From NCBI RefSeq assembly GCF_009914755.1, contig NC_060931.1: a stretch of 64,000 nt of DNA; one strand, 5' to 3'. Numbering within the stretch: the first letter of the stretch is position 1; each line of letters starts with the position of its first letter. Of this stretch, positions 17,746-34,133 are shown in pieces. The notes under the pieces are model-generated. The model was not told the DNA's origin. It made no database searches and saw nothing but the letters and a program-made list of their open reading frames with translations. The position numbers and the translations under genes are program-made. Source of the stretch: the human T2T-CHM13v2.0 reference genome, Homo sapiens.

Positions 17746-17830
17746 TTTTTATCTTAAACTCACAAAAACGCTATTTCTGTCTTAAACTCACAAAACTATC
17801 TAAGGTTTCTATCTTAAACTCACAAAAACA
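17746..17830. repeat. Three copies of TCTTAAACTCACAAAA with short variable spacers
   Basis: Exact 16-mer at 17752, 17780 and 17812. Confidence 0.95.
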
Positions 17831-18159
17831 AAAGCCTCAAAAATTATGTGGAGGCTGAAAACTAGGAATCCTGACCTGGAAACTGAGGTCTAACGTTGCC
17901 AATATTTGGATGGAGGTGAGCTTGCACAAGATCTAAAAATTGTTACATTTAGCAGGTGCAGGCCTGAACCAACAATGACAGTTTTTTCTATGGAGAAATA
18001 TAATCTGACTGTCAAATAACCAGTTTGCAAATTTTGGAATACAACTCATTTGTGAACACTCTAATTCGATAAATTGTAATGTTAAAATTACAGGATAGAT
18101 TATCATTTATATTTCAAACCAGTGTCCATTTTGCTGTATGATATTTGGTAATCTAATCA

Positions 18160-19040
18160 TTAAATGTTTGTTGAGCATTTACTATGTGTCAAGCACTATG
18201 CTAGGCACTAGGTACAGGGAAGTAAACAAAATGGACATGATCTCTAATGTTATAGGATTTATTATCTAATCTAGATAAAAATAAGCACCAAATTAATACA
18301 TAATTAGAAATTATGACAACTGATAATGAAGGGAAAGGGTCAACAAGAGAGACTCCTAAAATCATAGCAGGCTTTTCTGAGGAGACATTTAGCTGAGAAA
18401 TTAAGAGTAAGTGAGAATTAACCTCAGGAAGGGTAAGGGAAAAGACGTTCCTGACAAAGGAACGTTTCCCAAAGCCTTGGACTGGGAAAGCATGTCGTTC
18501 CTTCAAGAGTTGAAAGGCCCGGCACGGTGGCTCATGCCTGTAATCCCAGCACTTTAGGAGGCCAAGGCGGGCGGATCACCTGAGGTCGGGAGTCCAAGAC
18601 CAGCCTGACCAACATGGAGAAACCCTGTCTCTACTAAAAATACAAAAATTAGCTGGGCGTGGTAGCGCATGCCTGTGATCCCAGCTACTCGGGAGGCTGA
18701 GGCACGAGAATCTCTTGAACCCAGGAGGTGGAGGTGCACTGAGCGGAGATCGCGCCATTGCGCTCCAGCCTGGGCAACAAGAGCGAAACTTCATCTCAAA
18801 AAAAAAAAAAAAAAAAAAAAAAGAGTTGAAAGAAAGCCAATCTGAGCAAAGGGGAGAAGCCCAAGATGATGTTGGGGGAAAAGGCAGGAGCAGACTCTAC
18901 AGAGCTTTGGAGAACGTGTTAAGGAAACTGTAGGTTCTAATAAATGCGATGGGGATCCCAAAAAGAGGGAGTGATGCCATTTACACTCTTAAAACCATCT
19001 TTCAAAAGGCCGGACGTGGAGAATGGATTAAATGGAAGCA
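18160..19040. mobile_element. L2 remnant interrupted by Alu
   Basis: AAATGTTTGTTGAGCATTTACTATGTGTCAAGCACTATGCTAGGCAC. Confidence 0.75.
18516..18822 (+). mobile_element. Alu, AluSp-like
   Basis: GGTCGGGAG and CTGACCAACATGGAGAAACC diagnostics; TSD AAGAGTTGAAA. Confidence 0.95.
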
Positions 19041-19164
19041 AGAGTCATGTCTCTTTCTCTGCAAGCTCCCCATTCAGAAAAATGACAACTTCCAATTTAC
19101 AACCATGTTAATGTAGCATACTTAAAGTTATTTCTTTTAAATAATTATAAAAACTTAACTTCCC

Positions 19165-19485
<321 letters not shown>

Positions 19486-19898
19486 TTACTAGGCAACTCT
19501 CTCCCAAGAAAATATACTACTACTAAATGAGTGAAAACTGCAATCTTTTCTATTTGGGCAATATAAATTCCAATATTCATTGAGAATGAAGACAAATTAC
19601 CATTCAAGACAGAGGAAGGGGTAAAAATAAATGTCTTTTTATGTGACATTGCATTCAGAATATTATCTCTATTTTATAATCAGAGGAAACTCTGCATTTC
19701 ATTGAAGTTGCTGGGACAGAAACAGCCAGAAATAGATATTCTGCATTCTTGACTTTATTCTGTTTTTGTTGCCTAGTACCATTTCTTCCTGTGGAGCATA
19801 TAAGAGCAGCAGCCAGTCCTTCTCATCGTTCTCATCAAATTTGAAGGTAGGCTCCTGGCAAAAGTGAGTATGTGTGTAACTGGGTAATACAATACTTT

Positions 19899-20028
19899 TT
19901 TTTCCTTTTTGTGGAGAACGGGGTAACCCTATATTGCCCAGGCAGGTCTCGAACTCCTGGGCTTAAGCTCTCCTCCCACTTCTGCCTCCCTAAAAGCTGG
20001 AATTACAGGCATGAGCCACCGCCTGGCC
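19899..20028 (-). pseudogene. BCYRN1: BC200 RNA retropseudogene (FLAM-like monomer; the symbol is that of the parent gene)
   Basis: The - strand reads ...GAGACCTGCCTGGGCAATATAG...CCCCGTTCTCCACAAAAAGGAAAAAAAA, BC200-type diagnostics absent from Alu/FLAM consensus as I recall them; TSD CAATACTTT at 19890 and 20031. Confidence 0.8.
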
Positions 20029-20489
20029 TCCAATACTTTGAAAATAATACGGTCTTCTCTTACTGCTCTGAGAACAAGTTCCTTGACATGTTATTTCATG
20101 CTATTCGTTTCAGGGGAGAGGGCTGAAAATAAGCATATCTTAAGAAATACAAAGACAAAAGAAATACTCAGCTTCTTGCATTCAAAATAGGATCATGTAA
20201 CAATCTAGGTTATCTTCCAAATACCTTATTTCCTCCCCTCTCCCTGACCAAACCCACAAGGCTCATTCTCACTGCCTTTTTGTTTGTTGGCTTGTTTTAC
20301 ATGTGTTGATATAAGGGTTCATGCTTTATGGAAGTAGGATGCTACGTTAGGGGAAGCAAAAGAAAAGTTTGCTTCTCTCAAGTCCCAGGAAATTGTGAAA
20401 AGAAGAAAGAGAAGTAGCAAGAGAGCAAAAGAAAAGAAGAGTTAGTCAGACATATATTCTGATTTCGCCTCTCTGTGAATTGGATTAAA

Positions 20490-20671
20490 TCTGTGGTTCT
20501 CAAACTTTAATGGGCCTCAAATCACCTAGAGTGCCTTTTAAAACACAGTTGTCAGAACCCCACCTCCAGAATTCTTGATTCATTAAATCTGAAGTAGGAC
20601 TTGCATATCTCACAAGTTCCCAGATGTTGCTAATGCTGCTGACCCAGGGACTATGCTTTGAGAACCACTGT
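20490..20671. mobile_element. MER5A/B hAT MITE
   Basis: TIR-like ends TGTGGTTCTCAAAC...TTTGAGAACCACTG. Confidence 0.8.
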
Positions 20672-21082
20672 GTTGAAGAAATCCAAATAATGCCAAGGTT
20701 AAAGGAGTCTCCTTGATTTTTTCTTTTTTTTCCCCCCTTGATTTTCATGTAGTGCTCAGGAAAGACATCATCAAACCTGGTGAGCAGCCAAATCTCCCCA
20801 ACTCATCCCACATCAGTGGGGACATAAACCACAACCCTCTTCCCTTCACACCAGGGCATCTTCTTAGGGACAGAAACAGGATGGGTAAGGGCATCTCAGA
20901 GACTGATTATTTTTTTCCTAGAAAGACACAGCATTCCTTAGGAGCCTGTTTCAGTCCCAAAATCTAATGACTCTTAAAACATTGGACAGCTGGTCAAGCT
21001 TCTTTCCCTTTCATTCCCTGTGTCAGGTTTCATAAGGCCTTCTGATTCCCTCTTCTCTTTCTCACAGACTGCAATGTGAACG

Positions 21083-21619
21083 TGTTACAGGAAAAGGGTC
21101 CGAATCCAGACCCCAAGAGAGGGTTCTTGGATCTAGCGCAAGAAATAATTCAGGGCAAGTCCATAGAGTAAAGGGAAAGCGAGTTTATTCAGAAAGTAAA
21201 GGAATAAAAGAATGGCCATTCCTCAGGGCTGCTGGTTGTCCATTTTTATGGTTATTTCTTGATTATATGCTAAACAAGGGGTGGATTATTCATGCCTCCC
21301 CTTTTCAGACCATATAGGGTAACTTCCTGATGTTGCCATGGCATTTGTAAACTGTCATGGTGCTGGTGGGAGTGTAGCAGTGAGGACAACCAGAGATCAC
21401 TCTCATGGCCATCTTGGTTTTGGTGGGTTTTAGCCGGCTTCTTTACTGCAACCTGTTTTATCAGAAAGGTCTTTATGACCTGAATCTTGTGCCAACCTCC
21501 TATCTCATCCTATGACTTAGAATGCCTGACCATCTAGAAATGCAGCCCAGTAGGTTTCAGCCTTATTTTACCCAGTTCCTACTCAAGATGGAGTTGCTCC
21601 GGTTCAAATGCCTCTGACA
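21083..21619 (-). mobile_element. MER41A solo LTR (ERV1)
   Basis: The - strand starts TGTCAGAGGCATTTGAACCGGAGCAACTCCATCTTG and ends TCCTGTAACA; TG...CA termini; 4-bp TSD AACG/AACC. Confidence 0.9.
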
Positions 21620-21889
21620 AACCCAGTTGACATGGCAGTGAGCCATCTTCAGTAGTGTGGATGATGAAGACAACACCTTCCAAATGGTAACACCACAAGT
21701 TAGAAGCAGCCTTGGGTCTAGACACTGCCAAGCCACCTTACAGACCTTGGACTTTTACTTCTTTGTCATTGTATGTTGGCCCCATTTGATACAACAGTCT
21801 AATCTATATCTCAGTCAGATCAAATGGAATGAGAGGCATAAGTGATGTGAGACTAATATATGAAGTCATTGCAGTGCTTACAATTATAA

Positions 21890-22216
<327 letters not shown>

Positions 22217-22502
22217 TTCCTATGTCATACTCTTATTGACTGATGGTCAGTGATCTCTCCAGGGCTTCGGCTAGATTAATCCTTTGATGTTTCACTTTTC
22301 TTCTCATTTCCAATTATTCTTCCTTTTCTTTCTTGACTATTGTTTGTCTATATCATTGCATTTTCTCAGGTCTAGTGATCTGTGTAATTTTACCTCATGT
22401 TTTAGTAGCATTTCTTCTACAACTGCCTTAAGAGTTGTTACAAACAACTTACACATTTTTTTACAGCTGTTAATACTTTGAAATATCGGAATAAGTCAAT
22501 AA

Positions 22503-22822
<320 letters not shown>

Positions 22823-23992
22823 AAAATCGTACACTTTTGAAAGATTTTCATTATCAACCTTTCACTTCTAAGGTTAACATTTATGAATTAACAGGTATGA
22901 TTTGATTAAGGTAATAATGCAAAAATTATATCCAGTAGAATCCTGGGCCAACATACCTAAGAATAAATAAATAAATATATTTGTGTATGCGTGTATGTTT
23001 CCCTGAAATTTTATATTTGTATACATATGTATACAATAGACACAGATGATTTTTATTGAATAAAAACTCATATAATAGATACAGGCTCACATTCTTACAC
23101 ATTTAATAGTCAAATATTTTTTAATCAAGTTGGTTCCTTTGTAAACTCAATATGCATTCAGATTATGTTAAATATTCTTAAAATTTCTATTTTTTCCAAA
23201 ATAAAGTATTTTTTGTAATAAAAATTACCTCCTAGACATTGGGGCTATATCAGATACTATATCAAAGCTAAGATTCAGTCCTGAATGAATGCCAATTTTG
23301 AAATATTTTTCACTGTAGAAGTCACAGTCCTTCAGAATATAAGTCACCAGTAAGTGCTCCGAATTCCTTTCTGAAGTGTCACATCACTGATTTAGTTAGA
23401 CCAAGAATAAAACAATTTGAGAAACAAATACACATCTCAATTTATCTCATCCCTTAGCCAACAATATAATATGATTTTGTACCTCCCTCCATTCAAAGCA
23501 CCAATAGCCAGAGAGTCCTCTTTCCAAAAGAACAAACATACAAACAAATGCAGCTTAAAAAGTAAAATAAATACTCATAGCATCATCAATAAAAAATTAT
23601 AAAAACAGGGCAAATTTTATTTCAAACATTTTACAGTGCTTTTAAATATTGTTTCAGAAGAAGGAAATAAGCGTATGTATTCTGCTAAGATCTAATGCTT
23701 CAGGAACCCACAAAACAGTTATTTTATCACCCTAGCTAGCTACTGATCATAGACATGGGATCAGATGCCATGATAGAGACCAAAACAATGAAGCTTTGTG
23801 ACCAGCTACAGGACTGCAGCAAACACAGAGACACTGACATTGCCTGGAAACCAGTGGTCAAGACAGAGCCAATAGTTAGAAGTCAAAAGAGCTTTCATGA
23901 GTTATGGAGCACACACATCCAGGAGTTCAAAGCAAGCCTTGAATCACATGAATAACGAAGGCCAAAAGAAAGCATAGAATCAAGACAAGAAG

Positions 23993-24283
23993 GGCTGGGC
24001 GCGGTGGCTCAAGCCTGTAATCCCAGCACTTTGGGAGGCCGAGACGGGTGAATCACAAGGTCAGGAGTTCGAGGCCAGCCTGGCCAAAATGGTGAAACCC
24101 CGTCTCTACTAAAAATACAAAAAATTAGCTGGATGTGGTGGCGGGCACCTGTAATCCCAGCTGCTCAGGATGCTGAGGCAAGAGAATTGCTTGAACAGGC
24201 CTAGGTTGCAGTGAGCCGAGATCGCGCCACTGCACTCCAGCCCAGGCGACAGTGAGAGACTCTGTTTCAAAAAAAAAAAAAAA
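23993..24283 (+). mobile_element. Alu, AluSg-like
   Basis: Dimer; TSD AAGACAAGAA. Confidence 0.95.
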
Positions 24284-24714
24284 GACAAGAATTCAGAACC
24301 ATGCATATGAAGCCCCACGCTGACCGTCCTGTGCGTTAGTCATTTGAGTGAATATAGCTGCAGCAAGAATAGTGTGTGTTAGCTGCAGATAAATTAGTCC
24401 CAGCCATTCCTTCCATCATAGTGGTTTTCCCAGACATTGGGAATTACATATGTCATTTATTTTTCCCACTATCCACAGTTAAGGACTCAGGAGGAAAGCC
24501 AGATTGGTTATAAACTAAATAAAGAACTTATATTTTATCTTCATGTCTAAGTTGCATTGTGAGTCAAATTCCCACCCTGCTAATAGCTAATGAGCTATTG
24601 GCTGGACTTCAAGTAGAATCAAAGAACAAAGTAAGTCTGAAATTTGGCATGGGAATCTCCAGCTAGCCAGAAAAGTACCAGGAAACAAAATTACATATAA
24701 AAAAAATACCCATT

Positions 24715-25712
<998 letters not shown>

Positions 25713-26749
25713 TACCCCATTCACATTTTACAAAATCTTACGCAGTTCTTCTGGCTCTTTGGACCTGTTCATTGAACTAGTTTCCTAGTTAGAGAAGCCC
25801 ACTTAGAAAAGGCAAAATACTGAGCACATTCTTGCCTAATGGGCAAGCAGGAAAGAAAAGGCCAGAGCTGGCAAAATGTCTAGGGGAAAAGAGGGGATGA
25901 AGAATACATAAAGCAACGCCCAGTCTCCCCGAATATAAACACAAAAGAGGCCTGGCATTGCAGCTGCTTCTACCTGAACTCATTCCAGGAATGACTAGGG
26001 CAGGATATGCAGGTAGAAAAGATGAGCAAGAGTTGGAACTTCACTCAAATTAACTGGAGAGGGAATATGGAGCCAAAGTTAAGCTCAAACTATTCTCTCC
26101 CCAACTCCTATTTGGTATTTTTTCACCAAAGAGCACATACTGAAACGCTTTGGGGGTCTCTTCTAGCTTTAAAGTTCTATAATTTCATGATTTTCTTCCT
26201 GTAAGTATATCTTAAGTTAATTGTGCAGTGTATCCCTTATATAAACAGAAGACTGTCTCAGTAAGATTCCTTTTAAATGTTTTGAATGAATTTTTTAAAA
26301 TATTTTTACTTTTAATGTTTCCTGAAGCTACACTGTCTATAGCACTGGTATTCCCCAGAAGTCACTAAAAGCTCCTGAAAGTCCAACTGACAGAAAAGAT
26401 GGATTTGATTAAAAGGAAAAAACACAGAATATAGTCCTTGGAAAGTATGCTGATTTGTTATTTAGCCAGTTAGAGAATTGTGCTGTTTTGCTCTTGGGAA
26501 TTGTACCATGGAATAAAATAATTCTGTTGAACTGCAATATAATTACAACATCTGAAAATACAGGAAAAGATGAATTAGAAAGATGCAGGATTCAAAATAA
26601 GGAGGACCAATTCCAAACAAAATACCAAGCAACCAAATTAGAAGATATTAGAAGGTGTTACACATGCTCTTCCTATTTAACATGGAAGGAAACTGCAAGT
26701 AGTATTGCACTAATAAGGCACTTCCTCGTCCCTAAAGTTACTAGTTCTT

Positions 26750-27400
26750 CAATTCAACAGATATTTTTGTGCACCCACTATAAGCCGGGAACTTTGCTTG
26801 TCTCTGAGGCTGCCAAAATAAATAAGACAGCCTCTGCCAGAGAAGAGCAACAGAGGGCTCACCCTCTGCTAGGCAAATGAAAACTTGTTATTCAGCTGCA
26901 ATACCCTGAGATCATTCCACAGCTGTGAGAGGAAAGAATGAGAGTTGAAATTGTGAAAAGAAATGATCTACAGTTGCCTAAGCTGGGGGTGAGAGGAGAA
27001 CCTGGAGAGGGGTGGCAAGGGAATTGGAGGGAGAGGACCTGATTCATGAACTCCACCTTGTAAAGAACTAGCAGGATTTCACCAAGCAGAGACGGGCAAC
27101 AGGCATTTGTGGAAAGTACTGTAGTGTCACAGCAAAGGTTTTGGAGATTTATAAGTTTTCACCATATCAAACTATCAATAGTCAACAATTTTTTGGCCTA
27201 GAAAAATATATATTCATATGGTCCAATCGAAAACAAAATAATCCCCTTGAGTGTCCCAAATGAATGTTTAGAAACTGTAGGAGAATTAGTTAGAAAAGTA
27301 GTTTGAGTCAGAGTTGGAAGAGCTTTGAACTGAAGTAGTTTCAGCTTTATTCTATAGGTGATGGAAAAGGCAATTCATAAAATAACTTTGAACAAATAAC
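26750..27400. mobile_element. L2 remnant
   Basis: ATTCAACAGATATTTTTGTGCACCCACTATAAGCCGGG. Confidence 0.55.
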
Positions 27401-27623
27401 CAATAAACGTATGTTTAAATGTTTAAATAATTTCAAGTTTAAAGAAAACTATGTATCATTTTCAGTGCCACAAAGGAAAACAATTTAATGTTAACATTCA
27501 ATGTCAATAAGGACTCAGGAAAACAGGATGTTTCCCTCCGTGGCTGGGTGTGTAAATTGGAATAAACTTTCAGGAAGGCGATTTGAATACACCGTGACCT
27601 AGCATTCCACTTTGAAGACTTTA

Positions 27624-27950
<327 letters not shown>

Positions 27951-28109
27951 CTACAGTAGAGAGTTGTGTAAATAAAACATGAATCATCCTTATAATTGAA
28001 CATTACACAGCTACTTTAAATGCTTAAATAAATATTTAATGACATGGAAATGCTCAAGAAATTTTGTTACATGAAAAAATTAGGTTGCAAAACAGTACGC
28101 GTATCAGTC

Positions 28110-28360
28110 AAGGCTCTTAAGAACTAGATCAGACTGACTAGGTTTGAGTTTCAGAGCTACCAGTTATAGTCATTGGACCTTGGACAAGTAACCTAACCTC
28201 CCTGTAACTGTTTTGTCTATAAAATGGGGATAACACCAGTCCGTAACTCATTAGAGTTTTGTAAAAGATTAAATGAGTTAATACACATAAAGTCCTTAGA
28301 AATTTGCCCGGCACATAGTAAGCACTACCTAAGAGTCAGTTATTGTTAATATCATTAGTA
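28110..28360 (+). mobile_element. MIR (MIRb-like)
   Basis: GACCTTGGACAAGTAAC...TATAAAATGGGGATAAC...GGCACATAGTAAGCACT. Confidence 0.8.
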
Positions 28361-28780
28361 TTTGTTACCTGTGTATGAAGTCAACTTTGAAGCTAATTTA
28401 AGAAACAAAGGTGGGAAGAGAACTATCCAGGCAAGAACCATACCCAAAGCCTTCTGCAGAGCTGGTCCATGAAGTCACCACTCCAGCTGCCAAGCACTGA
28501 CCCCATGGCTTGCACTGCCAAGTCTTTGGGAGCTGGACCCTGCATATTGCCTCAGAACAGCTGTGTCTGCTGCCACTGGGAACCAGATGCAGCTGCTATT
28601 GCTGCTGTGGCCCTGGCCAGAGCGGATTCTGCATCATCCCTGATGCTCTGAGTCACCAGCCCCGAACCAAAGTCAACAGAGGATTCATCTGCTTGGCTGC
28701 ACCAAGTCCCCAAAAGCAGCTAAAGAGGTTGAGAAAAAAACAGCATTGGGTGTTTTTATTCTATAGAAAAGGCAAATTTT

Positions 28781-29435
<655 letters not shown>

Positions 29436-29804
29436 TTACTTTATAAGATGGGGGAGTCAACAAACTTAGAAAGCAAATTTATACATTAGGTAATTTAAAG
29501 AAGATAAAGGATCCTTTTTGGTTTTAAAAATACAGATACAACATGAATGTGTATTTTCACTCAAATAAAGAAAGGAGTAAAAGGATACACATCAAACTGT
29601 TCATGATTGATTCTGAATTGACCATTATGGCTGATTTGAGTGTTTCATCTTCTGTCTATAACTTTCCAAATCTTTTGTGACATAGAAAAAAACAAGACTG
29701 AGCAATATCAGATCTCTATTCTTGAAAGAATTGAGTCTTTCTTAGATATAGCTATGGAATAGAAAGTGGAAGACTAGGTTCAGATGGACATCATTATCTT
29801 AGAG

Positions 29805-29905
29805 CAGGACCTTGCTACTCCAAGTGTAGTCAATGGACCAGAAACATTAGCTTGATACAGAAACATACTAGAAATACAGAATCTCAGGCCCCGTCCCAAA
29901 TCTAA
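29805..29905. mobile_element. MER5-type fragment
   Basis: CTTGCTACTCCAAGTGTAGTC...AGAAATACAGAATCTCAGGCCCC. Confidence 0.6.
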
Positions 29906-30068
29906 TGAAAGCAAAAAAGGAAATGAATCAGCTGATATTCGAGAAGTATAAGCAACAAGGCTTGACAATATGAAGAAACTCATAAAAGATTACAAGCCTT
30001 AAAAACATTTCCAAATTTAGAAGTAAGCAGGGTCATTAACAGAAACGAATTACTGGAACAGGAGCCAG

Positions 30069-30356
30069 TTTTTTGTTGTTGTTTTTGAGACAAGGTCTCA
30101 GTCTATCTCCCAGTCTTGAGTGTCGTGGCATGATCACAGCTCACTGCAGCCTCAACCTCCTGGACTCAAGTGACCCTCCCACCTCAGCCTCCCAAGTAGC
30201 TGAGACCACAGGCACACACCACCACGCCCAGCTAATTTTTCAATTTTTTGTAGAGACGGGGTCTCCCTTTATTGCCCAGGCTGGTCTTGAACTCCTGAGC
30301 TCAAATGATTCTCCCAAAGCGCTGGGATTATAGGCGTGAACCACTGTGCCCGGTTG
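30069..30356 (-). mobile_element. Alu, AluJ-like
   Basis: Antisense dimer with J diagnostics. Confidence 0.92.
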
Positions 30357-30954
30357 GTTTAGACATAAAAGGTTTGAGAACTTGAAAGATGGCCCAGCAA
30401 GGGAAACATAAAATTAGGGCCAATAAGAAATGTCAAAATTAGGCTTATAAATATGAGCATAATCTAAGACAAGGAGACAACGGAAGCCATAACAGTTGAT
30501 ACGACTTCTAACAGAGAACATGCAAAGCAAGATAAGAAATCCAAGCAAGATCCTTTGGTAATATGTATATTTTGGAGATGGAGGAGAAAGAGAAGTCAGA
30601 AAATGAATGGCCAAAACTAACATCATCAAGAGATTAAAGTGTCAAAGAAAAACGAACAACAAGTATTTCATTATTATTCAATTCTTTCCTCCTTTCGTGA
30701 CAAATTGTGAGTGGTTTACACAATTATACTTAAAAGAACAGTAATGGATTAAAATAGATCTCAATTCTAGAAACATAGAATGGTCAAAATGTTTGGGAGG
30801 GGGAGGATATGAAAGAGAAGGACACTAATGCCTTGGATGTTATAATAGGTCTCATTATTGGAAGATATCAAAAAGTTCATAGCGTTTTTTTGTTTTGATG
30901 AAAATTTCACAATTTTTATAGTGTTGCAAATCAAATAAGACCACGACTTATCTT

Positions 30955-31910
<956 letters not shown>

Positions 31911-32589
31911 GTACCTTTGACAGTTTTATCTTTTTCAGATAAGCACCTTTTTTGTTTTTCTTCTAGTATATCCTAAGAAAGTGGGATGGGAAGAGGGATG
32001 AGAGACTGTGTGTGTAGCAGAGAAAGAAGTGCAGAACTCTCAACTCTTCTAGTTACATAATTCTATGTATTTCGCAATCATCCTCAGCCACACAGAATAA
32101 AATGTGTAAGCAACTTAAACATTTAATATGTCTAAATATTTAAATCTTCTAAATTATCACAGCTTCAAGGAAATGTTAAAAACAAAAACTAAAAACCATT
32201 ATCATCACTATGTCAATAAACGTATAGTTAGGCCAAGGTAACAATAAAAGAACCCGATCATATATTTTAAAGACATGAGCAATCTATTTGAAATGTAGAG
32301 TCACTAAATAATGAGTAGTTCTGAAAGGTGTAATTTTAAACCTTCCACTCTTTCAATGCTATAATTAAAACAAAAATGAAGCAGGATCTAGAGAGTCCAC
32401 ACACAGACTTGGATCACATCAGGACATAGAATTTGCTTTTTCTATGGATCCGAGACCAAAGGCTTCGTTTATTTGCTAAAGATTAAAAGGATAAACCATT
32501 ATTTCTCATTTTAAAGTACACAGACAACCAAGTCAAGTTAAATGTTGATTCAGAGAAGAGTTGTCAACACTGCATTAATATTACCTAGT

Positions 32590-32792
32590 TCTGTAGGGTG
32601 CTTTATTGTTTACAAAGCACTTTAACTACCATTACTTCATTTGAACCTCACAATAGACCCATTAATATCATAATTCTTAACTTACAGATGAAGAAACCCA
32701 GTCTCAGGGAGGTTAAGAGACTTACCCAAGGGCATCCAAGCCACTAGCAAGAGCCAGAGCTGGAAACAGAACCCTCACTTCCTGGTCCACTG
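32590..32792 (-). mobile_element. MIR
   Basis: TTACAGATGAAGAAACCCAGTCTCAGGGAGGTTAAGAGACTTACCCAAGG. Confidence 0.75.
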
Positions 32793-33491
32793 CTTTTTTT
32801 TTTTTTCTTAACTAAGTGTATTTTAATGCTATAGCAACTATCTTTCAGGATCAAGATAAAAGGCGTTTCAGAAATATTTAAGATTGCTATTATTTAGCAA
32901 TTAACAACATAAATAAAATAAATGTCATTAATGCATTAAATCATATACAAACCCAATAAAATTGTAGTATTCTTTCAAATTCATTATCTCCTTCAATGAA
33001 ACAAAGCTTCCTATGCCAAGTTCCAGCTTAGGAAGGATTTGTCACAAAATAAAAGTACATTGTTGATCTAAGGAATAGGATCGAAAGGACTCTGAAGAGT
33101 CAAGTGATGGAATGGCGACCTAAACACCCAACACGATGGAGTCCACTGCTTTTTATACTGTACCAACCTGCAGTCTTTTCCAGGCATAGAAGAGGCCACA
33201 GTAGGAGAATGGTTTCCTTTGTGTGGGAATTAGCCAGGTCTGCAAGACCAAAGGTAGAAAGCAGTACCTATGGAAAGGTACCAGCTTGGGAATAATAGTA
33301 AATATTGGGAATTATGGTAAATATTGTTGTCCCTATTTAACGTTGGAAAAAACAAGGAACAGAGGTTTGTTCTAGGTAAACAGTGGCTCTTCAATTATTC
33401 AGGAGTGGCTTGCCATTTAGGCTTACCTTGATCTTTTTCACTATTCTCTTTTATGGCTCTTGCTTATCTCCTGGCCTGATGGTTAGCACCT

Positions 33492-33505
33492 CCACCAGAG
33501 GGCAG
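33492..33505 (+). promoter_or_regulatory. Candidate CTCF site
   Basis: CCACCAGAGGGCAG closely matches the CTCF core consensus, in non-repeat sequence. Confidence 0.5.
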
Positions 33506-33878
33506 GAAGAACAGGAAGAGAAGCATTGCAACCGGTTTGATCAAAAAGTTGCAATAAGAAAACGTAAGTCATTATCTTAATTTAGGCTTTGGAGTCTTTT
33601 AGATTTCAGTTACTAATGTGACCTTTGCCAACATTCTCCTAGATAAATCTACAATAATCAATGCAGTAAAATGATTTCCTATAAATAAAAATCATCTACG
33701 TCTAATTGTATTGTTCAATACAATATTACATGTATTGAACCTTATATAACATTCAAATTTATTTAGAACTTATTACATGCACTAACTTTGTATAACATTT
33801 TTAACCTGTTTGGAATTGGTGTGAACTTCTCCAAAGGCATATCAAAAGCTCCGGAGCTTAGAAAATAAAATCTATCCT

Positions 33879-34133
33879 GGCCGAGCACGGTGGCTCACAC
33901 CTGTCATCCCAACATTTGGGGAGGCTGAGGCAAGTGGATCACCTGAGGTCAGAAGTTCGAGACCAGCATGGTCAACATAGTGAAACCCCGTCTCTACTAA
34001 AAACACAAAAATTAGCCAAGCGTGGCGCTTGAACCAGAGAGGCAGAGGTTGCAGTGAGCCAAGATCGCGCCGCTGCACTCCAGCCTGGACGACAGAGTGA
34101 GACTTCGTCTCAAAAAAAAAAAAAAAAGAAAAA
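33879..34133 (+). mobile_element. Alu, AluS-like, about 50-nt deletion in the right arm
   Basis: TTAGCCAAGCGTGG joined directly to CGCTTGAACC; the tail runs into the GCNT1 inverted segment. Confidence 0.92.

Noticed and set aside
17746-17830. CRISPR-like repeat-spacer array
   Set aside because: Primate DNA, 16-nt repeats, spacers of only 12-16 nt that resemble the repeat, and no cas genes
24651-24660. Isolated NF-kB consensus GGGAATCTCC
   Set aside because: A single short motif without supporting context is compatible with chance
26455-26880. 141-aa ORF
   Set aside because: Non-ATG start, runs into an L2 remnant, and no recognisable homology
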